A stretch of 64,000 nt of DNA from the NCBI GenBank assembly GCA_947630445.1, contig CANRHQ010000002.1, positions 4,233-68,232 of the forward strand. Reading direction: 5' to 3'. This stretch comes from an uncultured Clostridia bacterium. GTDB taxonomy: Bacteria > Bacillota > Clostridia > TANB77 > CAG-508. The translations under genes and the position numbers were made by a program. Below the pieces are notes generated by a model that was not told the DNA's origin, did no database searches, and saw nothing but the letters and a program-made list of their open reading frames with translations. Of the stretch, positions 30,488 to 41,092 are shown in pieces; the first letter of the stretch is position 1; every line of letters begins with the position of its first letter.

Positions 30488-30963
30488 TATTCCTCTCTCC
30501 TTATAGCAACTGCTAATTCTTTATCCTCACAATTACTTTTAATTTTTTTCTTCATAGAAACTTTTGTACCTATTCCTAATGAGGATTCAACATCTACATC
30601 ATCCATAAAACTTTCCATAATGGTAAATCCCATTCCTGCTCTTTCTAAATTAGACTTTGTCGTAAATAATGGTTGTTTTGCAATTTCTACATTTTCCATT
30701 CCCTTACCTTCATCTATAATTTCTATAAATATTTCATTATCTTTTATTTTACATGTTAGTTTGACTATTCCTAGTTTTTCTTCATATCCATGTATTATTG
30801 AATTTGTTACAGCCTCTGATACTGCGGTTTTTATATCTGCAATTTCTTCTAATGTTGGATCTAATTGTGCTATAAATGATGCTACGGCAATTCTTGCAAA
30901 TGCTTCATTATTTGATTTACTTAAAAATTCTATTTTCATTTCATTGTCATATGCTTTATTCAT
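30487..30963 (-). CDS. spoIIAB: Anti-sigma F factor (serine kinase) SpoIIAB
   Basis: 158 aa; GHKL ATPase N-box [11 protein letters not shown]; operon position. Confidence 0.9.
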   Translation of the reverse strand: MNKAYDNEMKIEFLSKSNNEAFARIAVASFIAQLDPTLEEIADIKTAVSEAVTNSIIHGYEEKLGIVKLTCKIKDNEIFIEIIDEGKGMENVEIAKQPLFTTKSNLERAGMGFTIMESFMDDVDVESSLGIGTKVSMKKKIKSNCEDKELAVAIRREE

Positions 30964-31291
30964 ATTGAACCTCCTTTTTTTCCATTTTTGCTTCTGGCAT
31001 TATTTTTAGTATTCCACTCATTTCAAATATTTTTCTAATTGATGTGTTTATATTTGATACTTTAACATTTCCTCCTAACATATTTGCTAGTTTATACCTT
31101 CCTATAAGCAATCCTATTCCTGCACTATCCATAAAAGAAACTTTACTAAAATCAAATATAATTTCTTTTGGCATGTATTTTTCAATTTCATTATCTAATT
31201 TCCTCCTTATCTTTTGTGCACAACATTCATCAATATCTTCATTTATCTTAAAAATTAATAGCTTGTCCTCTTTTTTATATATACTTTCCAT
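30956..31291 (-). CDS. spoIIAA: Anti-anti-sigma factor SpoIIAA (STAS)
   Basis: STAS domain with [10 protein letters not shown] phospho-Ser loop. The ATG at 31291 has AAAGGAG 6 nt upstream; the track start at 31306 is probably too long. Confidence 0.9.
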   Translation of the reverse strand: MESIYKKEDKLLIFKINEDIDECCAQKIRRKLDNEIEKYMPKEIIFDFSKVSFMDSAGIGLLIGRYKLANMLGGNVKVSNINTSIRKIFEMSGILKIMPEAKMEKKEVQYE

Positions 31292-31382
31292 TATATCTCC
31301 TTTCATGACTAATCTTTAATAAATGATATGCGTATTATATATCTATTTACATATTTTTCCAAGAGTGAATTTTTAGAAGTTT

Positions 31383-31408
31383 TGTCGAATTGAGAAAAGT
31401 TTTCGACA
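31383..31408. promoter_or_regulatory. Inverted pair of Spo0A-box-like heptamers upstream of spoIIAA
   Basis: TGTCGAA at 31383-31389 and its complement TTCGACA at 31402-31408, within the perfect 9-bp inverted repeat TTTGTCGAA-N12-TTCGACAAA. About 92-117 nt upstream of the spoIIAA ATG. Confidence 0.55.
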
Positions 31409-31442
31409 AATTAATTTTTAGATATATTTAAGTAAAAAAACA

Positions 31443-31476
31443 ACAAAAAAAGTAATGTTTTTAGCATTACTTTTTA
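31443..31476 (-). terminator. Intrinsic (bidirectional-looking) terminator after the 398-aa gene
   Basis: Stem aagtaatg/cattactt (31450-31457 / 31465-31472), flanked by an A-run and a T-run. Confidence 0.55.
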
Positions 31477-32670
31477 ATTATTATTAAAACTATAAAATAA
31501 TGGATTAATACCACTTTGTATTCCAATTTCTTGCATTTGTTCTCTATTTACTTGTTCAAGTCTATCTCTAATAGTTTTAATTAATGTTTGTACAGTTTGC
31601 TCATTTTGATTATCTAGTATTAGTGCAGTTTCATCATTAATTTCAACAATATCAATATTATCCATAAATTCTATATCATTATTAATTTTGTAATTGTATT
31701 GTAAGAACTTATCATTATTTTCTTTTTCTATTTTTAATAAATATTCTTCATTAGGCAAATTATCTAAATCATTAATTTTGCTTTCAAGACTTAATTTTGT
31801 TGTTTCTTGAGTTTGTTCATCAAATAAGTTAAGTTCAATTAAATAGCTTAATTTATTATTTCCTACTTGTTTTGTTATACGTAAATTATTCATTCCTATT
31901 TGAACTATTATCTGTTTTAAAATATCATTTTGTTGTACTATTGTTAATTTTATTTGATCCATTTCTGTAATTTCTTGCCCTAATATTTTTTCTATCTGAT
32001 TTATTTCTTCTGTTTTTAATAATACAGTGTAATTTATTCCTTCCATTGTTTGCAATTCTGTAAATCTTTCATTTGGTAAATTCTCAAATATTTGTGTACT
32101 TTCATTATCTAATTCTGTAAGTTTATCTTTTGAAAAATTCTCAAAAGTCAAATCGTTGAAAGTATTAATTCCAGCTTGTTGCAAAATATCAACTATTTTA
32201 TCATTTTTGGTTGCAATGTATCTGCTACCAACATATTTAGTTTGTAAGCCTATCATCTCTCCATTTCGTATATAGTTAATAGGAAATATTACATTATTTC
32301 CATAATCAATTTCTATATTTTGTTCTACTTTATCATTTTTCAAGTCATTTTTCCCATTAAAATTTATTGATATATCATTTGCATATTCTACTATTTCATT
32401 TAATTGTTCTTCTGTTTCATTTGATGAATATTGTGCATTTATAGTTACCTTTCCTTTATTTATAAAAACTTTTTCTTGCTTATAATCATCAAATTTTATT
32501 AACTTTGAATCAATAAAACCATTATTTTGATCTTCTAATTGAGAAAAATATTTTAAAAACAATTCTTTATTCTGTTCTAATAAATTCTTAGAATAATATG
32601 AATATCCAACTCCTAATCCTATTGCTAATAATATTATTAAGGATATTATAATTAATATTATTTTTTTCAT
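31474..32670 (-). CDS. Membrane-anchored hypothetical protein
   Basis: 398 aa; N-terminal TM MKKIILIIISLIILLAIGLGVGY, then an Asn/Glu/Ile-rich ectodomain. No motif recognised. Occupies the slot downstream of mutS. Confidence 0.65.
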   Translation of the reverse strand: MKKIILIIISLIILLAIGLGVGYSYYSKNLLEQNKELFLKYFSQLEDQNNGFIDSKLIKFDDYKQEKVFINKGKVTINAQYSSNETEEQLNEIVEYANDISINFNGKNDLKNDKVEQNIEIDYGNNVIFPINYIRNGEMIGLQTKYVGSRYIATKNDKIVDILQQAGINTFNDLTFENFSKDKLTELDNESTQIFENLPNERFTELQTMEGINYTVLLKTEEINQIEKILGQEITEMDQIKLTIVQQNDILKQIIVQIGMNNLRITKQVGNNKLSYLIELNLFDEQTQETTKLSLESKINDLDNLPNEEYLLKIEKENNDKFLQYNYKINNDIEFMDNIDIVEINDETALILDNQNEQTVQTLIKTIRDRLEQVNREQMQEIGIQSGINPLFYSFNNN

Positions 32671-32694
32671 AAGAATTTTCCTCCTATTGTATAT

Positions 32695-35304
32695 TTATTT
32701 CATTTTTTCCTTTATTTTCACTAATGTATTTAAAGCATCTATTGGTGTAAGCTCATTTAGATTTATTTTATCTATTTCATGGGCAATTTCTGCAAGTTTA
32801 TAGTTAAACATATCAAATTGACCTTCTACAACTTTTTTGTTTTCTTTTTCTGGCTTTTTATTACTTAACATACTTTTTCTTTCTAGTGTTCTCAAAATTT
32901 CATTTGCCCTCTGTGTTACATTTTTAGGTACACCAGCTAAACGTGCAACATGTATTCCATAACTTTCATCTGTTCCACCATCAACTATCTTTCTTAAAAA
33001 TATAATATCTTCTCCCTTTTCTTTAACTGCTATAGAATAATTTTTTACTCCTTCAATTTTATCAGCTAATTCAATAAGTTCATGATAATGTGTTGCAAAT
33101 AAAGTTTTAGCACCACATTTTTCCTTGTCAGCAATATATTCTGCAACTGCCCATGCAATTGAAAGTCCATCATAAGTTGATGTTCCCCTACCTATTTCAT
33201 CTAATATAACTAAACTGTTTTCTGTTGCTTCTTTTAAAATTGTTGCAACTTCCATCATTTCTACCATAAATGTACTTTGTCCCATACTTAAATCATCTGA
33301 TGCACCAACTCTAGTAAAAATTTTATCAACAACACCTATTTGTGCTTCTGTTGCTGGAACGAAACTTCCAATTTGCGCCATTAATGCTATAAGTGCAACT
33401 TGCCTCATATATGTAGATTTTCCTGCCATATTAGGTCCTGTAATAATAGCTAATCTATTTTCATTTTTATCTAAATATGTATCATTTGGTATAAAACTTC
33501 CATTTCCCAACATTTTTTCAATTACAGGATGTCTTCCTTCTTTTATATTAATAATACCATCATTTTTTACAGCAGGCATACAATAATTCATATCTTCGGC
33601 AACTTGTGCAAATGAAACAAGTACATCAAGTGTAGAAATTACCATTGATGTTCTTTGAAGTCTTTTTATATTTGTTGCAATTTGTTCTCTTATTTTAACA
33701 AATTCATTATATTCAAGATTTATAACTTTGTCTTCTGCTCCTAATATTTGATTTTCTAAATTCTTTAATTCTTCTGTTATATACCTTTCTCCATTTGTTA
33801 GTGTTTGCTTTCTCACGAACCTATCAGGAACTTGCTTTATAAAAGATTTTGAAACTTCTATATAATATCCAAATACTTTATTATACCCTATTTTTAATGT
33901 TTTTATTCCTGTCTTTTCTTTTTCTTCTGCTTCTAATTTTATTATCCAGTTCTTTCCTTGTGTAGTAGCTGTTTTCAACTTGTCTATTTCTTCATCATAT
34001 CCTAATTTTATAATTCCACCTTCTTTTATTGTCATTGGTGGATCTTCAATAATTGATTTATCAATTAATTCATATATATCTTTTAATTCATCAAGTTCAT
34101 TATATAATTCTTTTAATTTTAATGAATTACATTGTGATAACACTTTTTTTACCTCTGGCAATTTTTCTAAAGAATTCTTCAAAGTTATCATATCTCTCGC
34201 ATTTGCATTTCCATATGCCATTTTTCCTGCTAATCGCTCTATATCATATACCTTTTTTAATGTTTCAGTAATATCACCTCTAAGTATCATATTGTCTTTT
34301 AATTCTTTTACAGAAAAAAGTCTCTCTTGAATTTCTGCTACATCTAATAATGGATCATTTAGCCATCTTCTTAACAATCTTCCTCCCATTGAAGTTGAAG
34401 TTTTATCTAATACCCATAATAATGTTCCTTTTTTGCTTTTATCTCTCATCTTTTCAGTAATTTCTAAATTTCTTCTTGCATTTACATCTAATGACATATA
34501 TCTTGATAGATTATAAATTGATATTGTATTTATATGTTCAAGACTTGTCATTTGGGTTTCATTTAAATATTCTAGCATTGCATTTATTGATTTTACAGCT
34601 AAAACTCTATCTTTTAAATTTGACACTTCTTTTTTATTTTCTATTATGTTATAGTCTAATTGAAGATTTCCTACTTCATCTGTAAAATACTTGTCATTGA
34701 ATTTACTTATATATAATGAAAATCTTTCTCTTATTTTATCTATTTCTTCTTTGCAATCAAACATCATTGAATTAACTATTATTTCTGATGGTGAAAATCT
34801 TGCAATTTCATCTAATAGTATTGAGAAATTATTTTCCTCTTTAATTTCTGCACTATAAAATTCACCTGTTGATATATCGCAAACACTTATTCCAAAGTAT
34901 ATACCACTTTTACAGATACTCATTATATAATTATTTTTCTTTTCTTCTAAAAGGTTTGATTCTACTATTGTTCCAGGTGTTAATATTCTAATTACTCCTC
35001 TTTCTACAATTCCTTTTGCAGTTTTAGGATCTTCTAATTGTTCACATATTGCAACTTTATAACCTTTTTCTATTAGTTTTGCTGCATATATTTCAGCTGC
35101 GTGATGTGGAACTCCTGCCATAGGGGCTCTTTCTGCCTGTCCACAGTCTTTTCCTGTTAATGTTATTTCTAATTCTCTTGATGCTGTTATTGCATCATCA
35201 AAAAACATTTCATAGAAGTCTCCTAATCTATAAAATAATATACAGTCTTTATATTTTTCTTTTGTTTCAAGATATTTTTGCATCATAGGTGAATATTCTG
35301 CCAT
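32695..35304 (-). CDS. mutS: DNA mismatch repair protein MutS
   Basis: 869 aa; GPNMAGKST Walker A; DEIGRGTSTYDG; typical MutS N-terminus MAEYSPMMQKYLETKEKY. Confidence 0.97.
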   Translation of the reverse strand: MAEYSPMMQKYLETKEKYKDCILFYRLGDFYEMFFDDAITASRELEITLTGKDCGQAERAPMAGVPHHAAEIYAAKLIEKGYKVAICEQLEDPKTAKGIVERGVIRILTPGTIVESNLLEEKKNNYIMSICKSGIYFGISVCDISTGEFYSAEIKEENNFSILLDEIARFSPSEIIVNSMMFDCKEEIDKIRERFSLYISKFNDKYFTDEVGNLQLDYNIIENKKEVSNLKDRVLAVKSINAMLEYLNETQMTSLEHINTISIYNLSRYMSLDVNARRNLEITEKMRDKSKKGTLLWVLDKTSTSMGGRLLRRWLNDPLLDVAEIQERLFSVKELKDNMILRGDITETLKKVYDIERLAGKMAYGNANARDMITLKNSLEKLPEVKKVLSQCNSLKLKELYNELDELKDIYELIDKSIIEDPPMTIKEGGIIKLGYDEEIDKLKTATTQGKNWIIKLEAEEKEKTGIKTLKIGYNKVFGYYIEVSKSFIKQVPDRFVRKQTLTNGERYITEELKNLENQILGAEDKVINLEYNEFVKIREQIATNIKRLQRTSMVISTLDVLVSFAQVAEDMNYCMPAVKNDGIINIKEGRHPVIEKMLGNGSFIPNDTYLDKNENRLAIITGPNMAGKSTYMRQVALIALMAQIGSFVPATEAQIGVVDKIFTRVGASDDLSMGQSTFMVEMMEVATILKEATENSLVILDEIGRGTSTYDGLSIAWAVAEYIADKEKCGAKTLFATHYHELIELADKIEGVKNYSIAVKEKGEDIIFLRKIVDGGTDESYGIHVARLAGVPKNVTQRANEILRTLERKSMLSNKKPEKENKKVVEGQFDMFNYKLAEIAHEIDKINLNELTPIDALNTLVKIKEKMK

Positions 35305-35309
35305 TTTGT

Positions 35310-35906
35310 TTACCTTCCTTCTCCTTTTTGTTCTGTATTTTTTATTTGTAAATCAATGCGTTCAATTTGTTCTTTATAATGCTTAACAAGTTGCTTTTCT
35401 TTTCCTTCTTTAGCAACATTTAAAGATTCTATAAATTGCTTTCTTCTATTTTCTAAATTTTCTTCTTTTGTTACTACTTTTTGTGGTACATATTCTGCTT
35501 CTAATTCGCTTAAAATATCATATGGCAAACTCTTTCCGTTTTTCAAACTAACATATGTTTTATATATACTTGCTAATCTTGAATCTTCACTTTCTATATT
35601 TTTAAACTTTCTCTGTAATGTTCTAAAAACAATATTATATTTTAGTGCTAAATCTCTTTGTGAAATTCCTGTAAGTATAGACTCTATCATTAATTGTCTA
35701 AAATCTATTCCTTGCACATCTCTTGGTTTATATGGATATAATTTAATAAATTTTTTATATAGCTCATTATCAGTTTTTTCTAATTTTGAAACTTTTCTGT
35801 ATAATGTATTTAAACCTACATTTTTATTTTTACATGCTATTGCAATATTATTTACTCTTTGTTTTGTTAATTCTTCTATAAAATTTTTCCATTCAACATC
35901 ATTCAT
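35310..35906 (-). CDS. Hypothetical protein with two HTH-like segments
   Basis: 198 aa. VGLNTLYRKVSKLEK and ISQRDLALKYNIVFRTLQRKF resemble helix-turn-helix units. Start overlaps the miaB stop by 8 nt. Confidence 0.6.
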   Translation of the reverse strand: MNDVEWKNFIEELTKQRVNNIAIACKNKNVGLNTLYRKVSKLEKTDNELYKKFIKLYPYKPRDVQGIDFRQLMIESILTGISQRDLALKYNIVFRTLQRKFKNIESEDSRLASIYKTYVSLKNGKSLPYDILSELEAEYVPQKVVTKEENLENRRKQFIESLNVAKEGKEKQLVKHYKEQIERIDLQIKNTEQKGEGR

Positions 35907-37317
35907 TTATAATTTCCCCTTTTAAATACCACATATGTTCTGATATTATCTTTAAATCTATTATTTTATTTGTTAGTTCTGGCATTCCTTTGAATATTAC
36001 CACTTTATTACTATCTGTTCTTCCTGTTAATAATTCTGGATTATTTTTACTTGGTCCTTCAACTAATACCTTTTGTACTGTTCCTACATATTTCTGATTA
36101 TTTTGTTCAATTTGACTTTCTACTAATTGTTTTAATTTATCAAACCTTTTATGTTTTATTTCTTCTGGAATTTGATTTGACATTTTATCTCCTGGTGTTC
36201 CAACTCTCCTAGAATATATAAACATATATACTTGTTCAAAACATACTTTTCTAACTACATCTAATGTATCTTCAAAATCTTCTTCTGTTTCTCCTGCAAA
36301 CCCCACTATTATATCTGTTGATAATGTTAAGTTTGGTATTTTAGATTTCATTTTTTCTACTAAATTTAAGTATTGTTCTTTTGTGTACTTTCTATTCATT
36401 AGTTTTAATGTATTTGTACTTCCTGATTGCAATGGTAAGTGTACTAACTTACATACTTTATCACAACTTGCTATTGCATCTATTACATCATCTGTAAAAT
36501 CTTTTGGATGTGGAGATATAAAGCGTATCCTCTCTATTCCTTCTATTTTATTTATTTTTTGTAGCAATGTAGCAAAAGAATTAATTCCTTCATATTCTAT
36601 TTGTTTTTCTTTCCATTCTTCACTTTTTAAATATGAATTAACATTTTGTCCAAGTAATGTAATTTCTTTATAGCCTTCTTTTGCTAATTGTTCTATTTCT
36701 TGTAATATATCTTTAGGGTGTCTACTTCTTTCTCTTCCTCGTACATATGGAACTATACAATAACTACAAAAATTATTACATCCATACATTATTGTTACAG
36801 ATGCTTTTATATTACTTGTTCTTTTTATTGGTAAACCTTCATATACTTTTCCATCTATATCAATTACATCTTGCAATTTATTTTGTTTTTCTAATATTTT
36901 ATATAAGTCTTCTGGGAATTTATGTAATGTATGTGTTCCAAATATAATATCTGTATATGGATAACTTTCATGAATTTTATCTGTTATATGTTTTTCTTGC
37001 ATCATACATCCACCAATTGCTATTATTGTGCCTCTTTTTTCTTTTATTCTCTTTAATTCACCTAATTTTCCAAACAATTTGTCTTCTGCATTTTCTCTTA
37101 CACAACACGTGTTGAACAATACCAAGTCCGCTTCTTGGTATTGTTCAGTTGGTCTATATCCCATTTTTTCAATCATTCCACATAGTTTTTCAGAATCATT
37201 TTCATTTAATTGACATCCCATTGTTAAAATATAGTATTTTAAGTTCTTGTCTTTATTTATCTGTGTTACTTTTTCTATATATTGTTCTTGTATTTTTATT
37301 TCATCTATTTCTTGCAT
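35899..37317 (-). CDS. miaB: tRNA-i6A37 methylthiotransferase MiaB
   Basis: 472 aa; UPF0004 N-domain Cys residues; radical-SAM CNNFCSYC; TRAM C-terminus. Confidence 0.95.
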   Translation of the reverse strand: MQEIDEIKIQEQYIEKVTQINKDKNLKYYILTMGCQLNENDSEKLCGMIEKMGYRPTEQYQEADLVLFNTCCVRENAEDKLFGKLGELKRIKEKRGTIIAIGGCMMQEKHITDKIHESYPYTDIIFGTHTLHKFPEDLYKILEKQNKLQDVIDIDGKVYEGLPIKRTSNIKASVTIMYGCNNFCSYCIVPYVRGRERSRHPKDILQEIEQLAKEGYKEITLLGQNVNSYLKSEEWKEKQIEYEGINSFATLLQKINKIEGIERIRFISPHPKDFTDDVIDAIASCDKVCKLVHLPLQSGSTNTLKLMNRKYTKEQYLNLVEKMKSKIPNLTLSTDIIVGFAGETEEDFEDTLDVVRKVCFEQVYMFIYSRRVGTPGDKMSNQIPEEIKHKRFDKLKQLVESQIEQNNQKYVGTVQKVLVEGPSKNNPELLTGRTDSNKVVIFKGMPELTNKIIDLKIISEHMWYLKGEIINE

Positions 37318-37378
37318 TACTATTACCTTTCTGTTGATTTATTTTCTATTGCATTATATCACAAAAGCACTAAAAAAA

Positions 37379-40300
37379 CTATACTTCAATTTCTTTTTCT
37401 AAATATGTTGAATATATATACATTTTATCAACATTTTTGTTTAAAGCCTTCTCTAATGCTTTTTTATACAATTCTAGTTGTGTTTTATATCTATTTATTA
37501 ATATTTGCTCATCTTTGTTTTCAACATAGTCTGTTTTATAATCTACTAATATTAAATTATCATTTTTATCTATATAATATAAGTCTATAACCCCTTGTAC
37601 CAAAATATCTTCTTCTAAATCTTCATTATAAACATCTTTTGCAGGTATATTAATATAAAAAGTTTTTTCTCTTTCTACTTGCTTTGCTTGAACAATTTCT
37701 TTCCATATATTTGATTTTGTAAATTGATATATTTTATATATATTAATTGCTTCTGCTTGTTTTAATGTAATAATATTTTTGTTGCTTAATTCTTGTATAA
37801 GTTCTTTTATATCATCTATATTATAAATCTCTTTTGATATATTTAATTTTTGCATACATAAATGTACTAATGTTCCTTTTTCTGCATTTGTTATTTCACT
37901 TTCTTGCATTGTTTGAATAAATTTTGGTTTAGGAATTTCAATTTCTATGTCATCTTTAACTTCAGTTTTTAATTGTTTTATTTCTGTTACTGAGGTTTTT
38001 GTAGGTATTACTGTAGCATTTTTATATTTATATTCATATTCCAAAATATTAAAAATTTTTTCCTTTTCTTTCTGATTTATTTTTACATCAGATAATTTTT
38101 CTAATATAATTTTTGTAGAATTTTCTTGATTTTGTTCACTTTCTTTGCACATTTTTAATATTTGATCCTTATTATAAACATTTGTAGTAACTAATTGCTC
38201 CATTTTTTGTTTATTATATAAATAAACTAATTTTATCCATTCTAAATATGATTTATATTTTTTTAATAAGATATAGTTGAGTTCATTATATTTTTCAACC
38301 ATATTTTCTAATTTTTGTTGTTTATCTAATATACTATATCCTGTTATTATAAGTTTTTCTTTTGCTCTAGTTAAAGCTACATATAAAACTCTCATTTCCT
38401 CTGATAATGTTTCTATTTTTATTTGTTCTTTTATAGCTTGTTTTGATAATGTATCATATTCTATCTGCATATCATAATCTATATATTTTACTCCTATTCC
38501 TAATTCAGGATGTAATAATATTTTATTGTTTAAATCTTGCATATTAAATTGCTTTCCTGTTCCTGATAAAAATACAACTGGAAATTCTAGACCTTTACTT
38601 TTATGTATGCTCATTATTCTAATTACATCATCATTTTCACCAATAATTTTGGCTGAATCCATATCTTTACTACTATTTTTTATTTTTTCTATATAATTTA
38701 TAAAATTAAATAATCCTTTAAAACTTATTGTTTCACATTGTTTTGCTCTTTCAAATAACATTTTTAAGTTTGCTTGCCTTAATTCTCCATTTGACATTAA
38801 TCCAACATAATTATAATAACCTGTATCATTATAAATTTTCCAAATAAGTTCATCTAAACTTAAGTATTCCTGTTCTTTTCTCCACATTTCTAAATTATCT
38901 AAGAAATTATTAATTTTATCTTTTAATTTTGTATCAACATCTTTTTTTGATTTCAACATTGTATTGTAAAAATTTTCATACTTATCACTTAATCTTATTT
39001 GTACTAATTCATTATCTGTAAAATTTCCTATTGGAGATCTCATTACTGCTATTAATGGTATCTCTTGTAATGGATTATCTATAATTCTTAACAAACTCAT
39101 TATTGTCTGTATTTCCATACTCTCTAAATATTCAGATGAAGAATCACTAAAAACTGGCATTCCTAATTTTAAAATTTCTTTTTCAAATATAGGAGCAGGC
39201 TCTTTTGTTGACCTTAATAAAATTACTATATCTTTATAAGTTATATTTCTTTTTCCATTTTTATCATATACTTGGAATTTAGAATTTATTAATTCTTTTA
39301 TTCTATTTGCTACAAATTTTGCTTCTAACTCAATATCTTCTACTCTTTCATTTTGTTCTGATTCTTCTTCATCATTTTCATCTTTATCTTCTTCAGATTC
39401 TTCTACATCCTCTTGTTGAATATTTAAAATGTCTATTTCTGTTCTTAATTCTTGATTATTTTCCTCATATTTCGCACCTAAATTTAAGTATTCTTCTTTT
39501 GTATAATTTAGTTCTCCTAGTTTTTCACTCATTATATTTTCAAATATTATATTTGCAAAATCTAAAACTTGTTTTCTACTCCTAAAATTTTTAAATAATT
39601 GTATTTTTAGATTTTCATTTTCTTTTTTATCTTGTTTCAATTTATATTTTTTATATTTATCTAAAAATAAATCTGGTCTTGCTTGTCTAAATTTATATAT
39701 ACTTTGTTTTACATCTCCAACCATAAAAATATTATTATTTTTTGATATTGCTGTTAATATATATTCTTGAACTAAATTACTGTCTTGGTATTCATCTATA
39801 GCTATTTCTTGAAATTTTTCTTTGTATTTTTTTGCTATTTCTGATGGTTCTCCATCATCATTTAATAATATTTTTAATGCGAAATGTTCTATATCATTAA
39901 AATCTAATATATTTCTTTCTTTTTTTCTTTTTACAAACTTTTCTCCAAATTCTAAAATTATTTGTTCTAGCTTTTTTAGAATGCTATACATTTTATTTAT
40001 ATCTTCATTCGCTTCTTTTGAATTAAATATTAAAGTTTTTTCTTTTATCTTTTTTATTGAATCTTTTACTTCATCTCTTGTTATTTTAACTAGTTCTTTA
40101 GTTTCTGAAGTTATCTTTTTATCTACTGCCCATGTTTTAAATTTTATATTTGATAATATTTCAAAAGATTTATCCCAGCTGTCTAAATTTAATTTTAATG
40201 TTTCAAGTTGTTCTATGTCATCACTTATTATTTGTTCATATTTTAGTAATTCTATTTCTTGTGATATTTTTCTTCTTTCATTTTGTAATTTTATTATAGA

Positions 40301-40984
40301 ATCTTCTAAAACATCATTTACTTGTTTTAATAATAATTTACCCCATATACTTTTAGAAAAATCTTCTTCTAAATTGTCTGCTAAATTAAACATTTCTATT
40401 TTTTCATTTAACCATTTTTTAGGAAAAGGATTACTTTGTATATATGTATATATTTTTAATATTAATTCTTTTAATGGTGTATCATCTTTATAACTTGTAT
40501 ATGTATTTATTAATTTGATGAAATCTTCATTTTCTGTTTCATATTTTTCTTCAAATAGTTCTTCTAAAACATCCTGTTTTAAAATTTCTATTTCTGTTGC
40601 ATCTCCTATTCTAAAATTTTGAGAAATGTCCAATTCAAAAAAATTATTTCTTACAACATCTAAACAAAATGAGTCTATTGTACAAATACTTGATTTATTT
40701 AATAATGTTACTTGTCTTTGTAACTTTTCATTTTCAGGGTCTTCATCAATTTTTTCATATATTGCTTTTAAGATTCTTTCTCTCATTTCTGAAGCAGCCG
40801 CATTTGTAAATGTTACTACTAGCAATTTGTCTATATCTACATTTTCATTTACTATTTTATTTATTATTCTCTCAACTAATACTGCAGTTTTTCCACTTCC
40901 TGCTGCTGCAGCTACTAATATATTATTACCTTTTTCATATATCGCTTGTTTTTGCTCTTTTGTCCATTCTACTTCGTTTGACAT
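37379..40984 (-). CDS. addA: ATP-dependent helicase/nuclease AddA-type (UvrD-like helicase plus C-terminal PD-(D/E)XK nuclease)
   Basis: 1201 aa; AAAGSGKT Walker A; IAIDEYQDSN; C-terminal GVIDLYY...LVDYKTD nuclease motif. No addB adjacent. Confidence 0.9.
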   Translation of the reverse strand: MSNEVEWTKEQKQAIYEKGNNILVAAAAGSGKTAVLVERIINKIVNENVDIDKLLVVTFTNAAASEMRERILKAIYEKIDEDPENEKLQRQVTLLNKSSICTIDSFCLDVVRNNFFELDISQNFRIGDATEIEILKQDVLEELFEEKYETENEDFIKLINTYTSYKDDTPLKELILKIYTYIQSNPFPKKWLNEKIEMFNLADNLEEDFSKSIWGKLLLKQVNDVLEDSIIKLQNERRKISQEIELLKYEQIISDDIEQLETLKLNLDSWDKSFEILSNIKFKTWAVDKKITSETKELVKITRDEVKDSIKKIKEKTLIFNSKEANEDINKMYSILKKLEQIILEFGEKFVKRKKERNILDFNDIEHFALKILLNDDGEPSEIAKKYKEKFQEIAIDEYQDSNLVQEYILTAISKNNNIFMVGDVKQSIYKFRQARPDLFLDKYKKYKLKQDKKENENLKIQLFKNFRSRKQVLDFANIIFENIMSEKLGELNYTKEEYLNLGAKYEENNQELRTEIDILNIQQEDVEESEEDKDENDEEESEQNERVEDIELEAKFVANRIKELINSKFQVYDKNGKRNITYKDIVILLRSTKEPAPIFEKEILKLGMPVFSDSSSEYLESMEIQTIMSLLRIIDNPLQEIPLIAVMRSPIGNFTDNELVQIRLSDKYENFYNTMLKSKKDVDTKLKDKINNFLDNLEMWRKEQEYLSLDELIWKIYNDTGYYNYVGLMSNGELRQANLKMLFERAKQCETISFKGLFNFINYIEKIKNSSKDMDSAKIIGENDDVIRIMSIHKSKGLEFPVVFLSGTGKQFNMQDLNNKILLHPELGIGVKYIDYDMQIEYDTLSKQAIKEQIKIETLSEEMRVLYVALTRAKEKLIITGYSILDKQQKLENMVEKYNELNYILLKKYKSYLEWIKLVYLYNKQKMEQLVTTNVYNKDQILKMCKESEQNQENSTKIILEKLSDVKINQKEKEKIFNILEYEYKYKNATVIPTKTSVTEIKQLKTEVKDDIEIEIPKPKFIQTMQESEITNAEKGTLVHLCMQKLNISKEIYNIDDIKELIQELSNKNIITLKQAEAINIYKIYQFTKSNIWKEIVQAKQVEREKTFYINIPAKDVYNEDLEEDILVQGVIDLYYIDKNDNLILVDYKTDYVENKDEQILINRYKTQLELYKKALEKALNKNVDKMYIYSTYLEKEIEV

Positions 40985-41064
40985 TTTTTTCTCCTTTTAT
41001 AATTTTTTTTAGTTTATCATATTATAAAGGTTTTTACAAGATTTATATAAATATGTATAAAACA

Positions 41065-41092
41065 AAAAAGAGTAACATTCATTACTCTTTTT
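41065..41092 (-). terminator. Intrinsic terminator overlapping the pnp stop codon
   Basis: Stem agagtaa/ttactct (41069-41075 / 41082-41088) extended by A/T pairs; T-run on the minus strand. Confidence 0.55.

Noticed and set aside
31292-31382. A sigma-H promoter for spoIIAA.
   Set aside because: The best candidate (GGAAAAAT … ATAATA) lacks the GAAT -10 core, so I did not annotate it.
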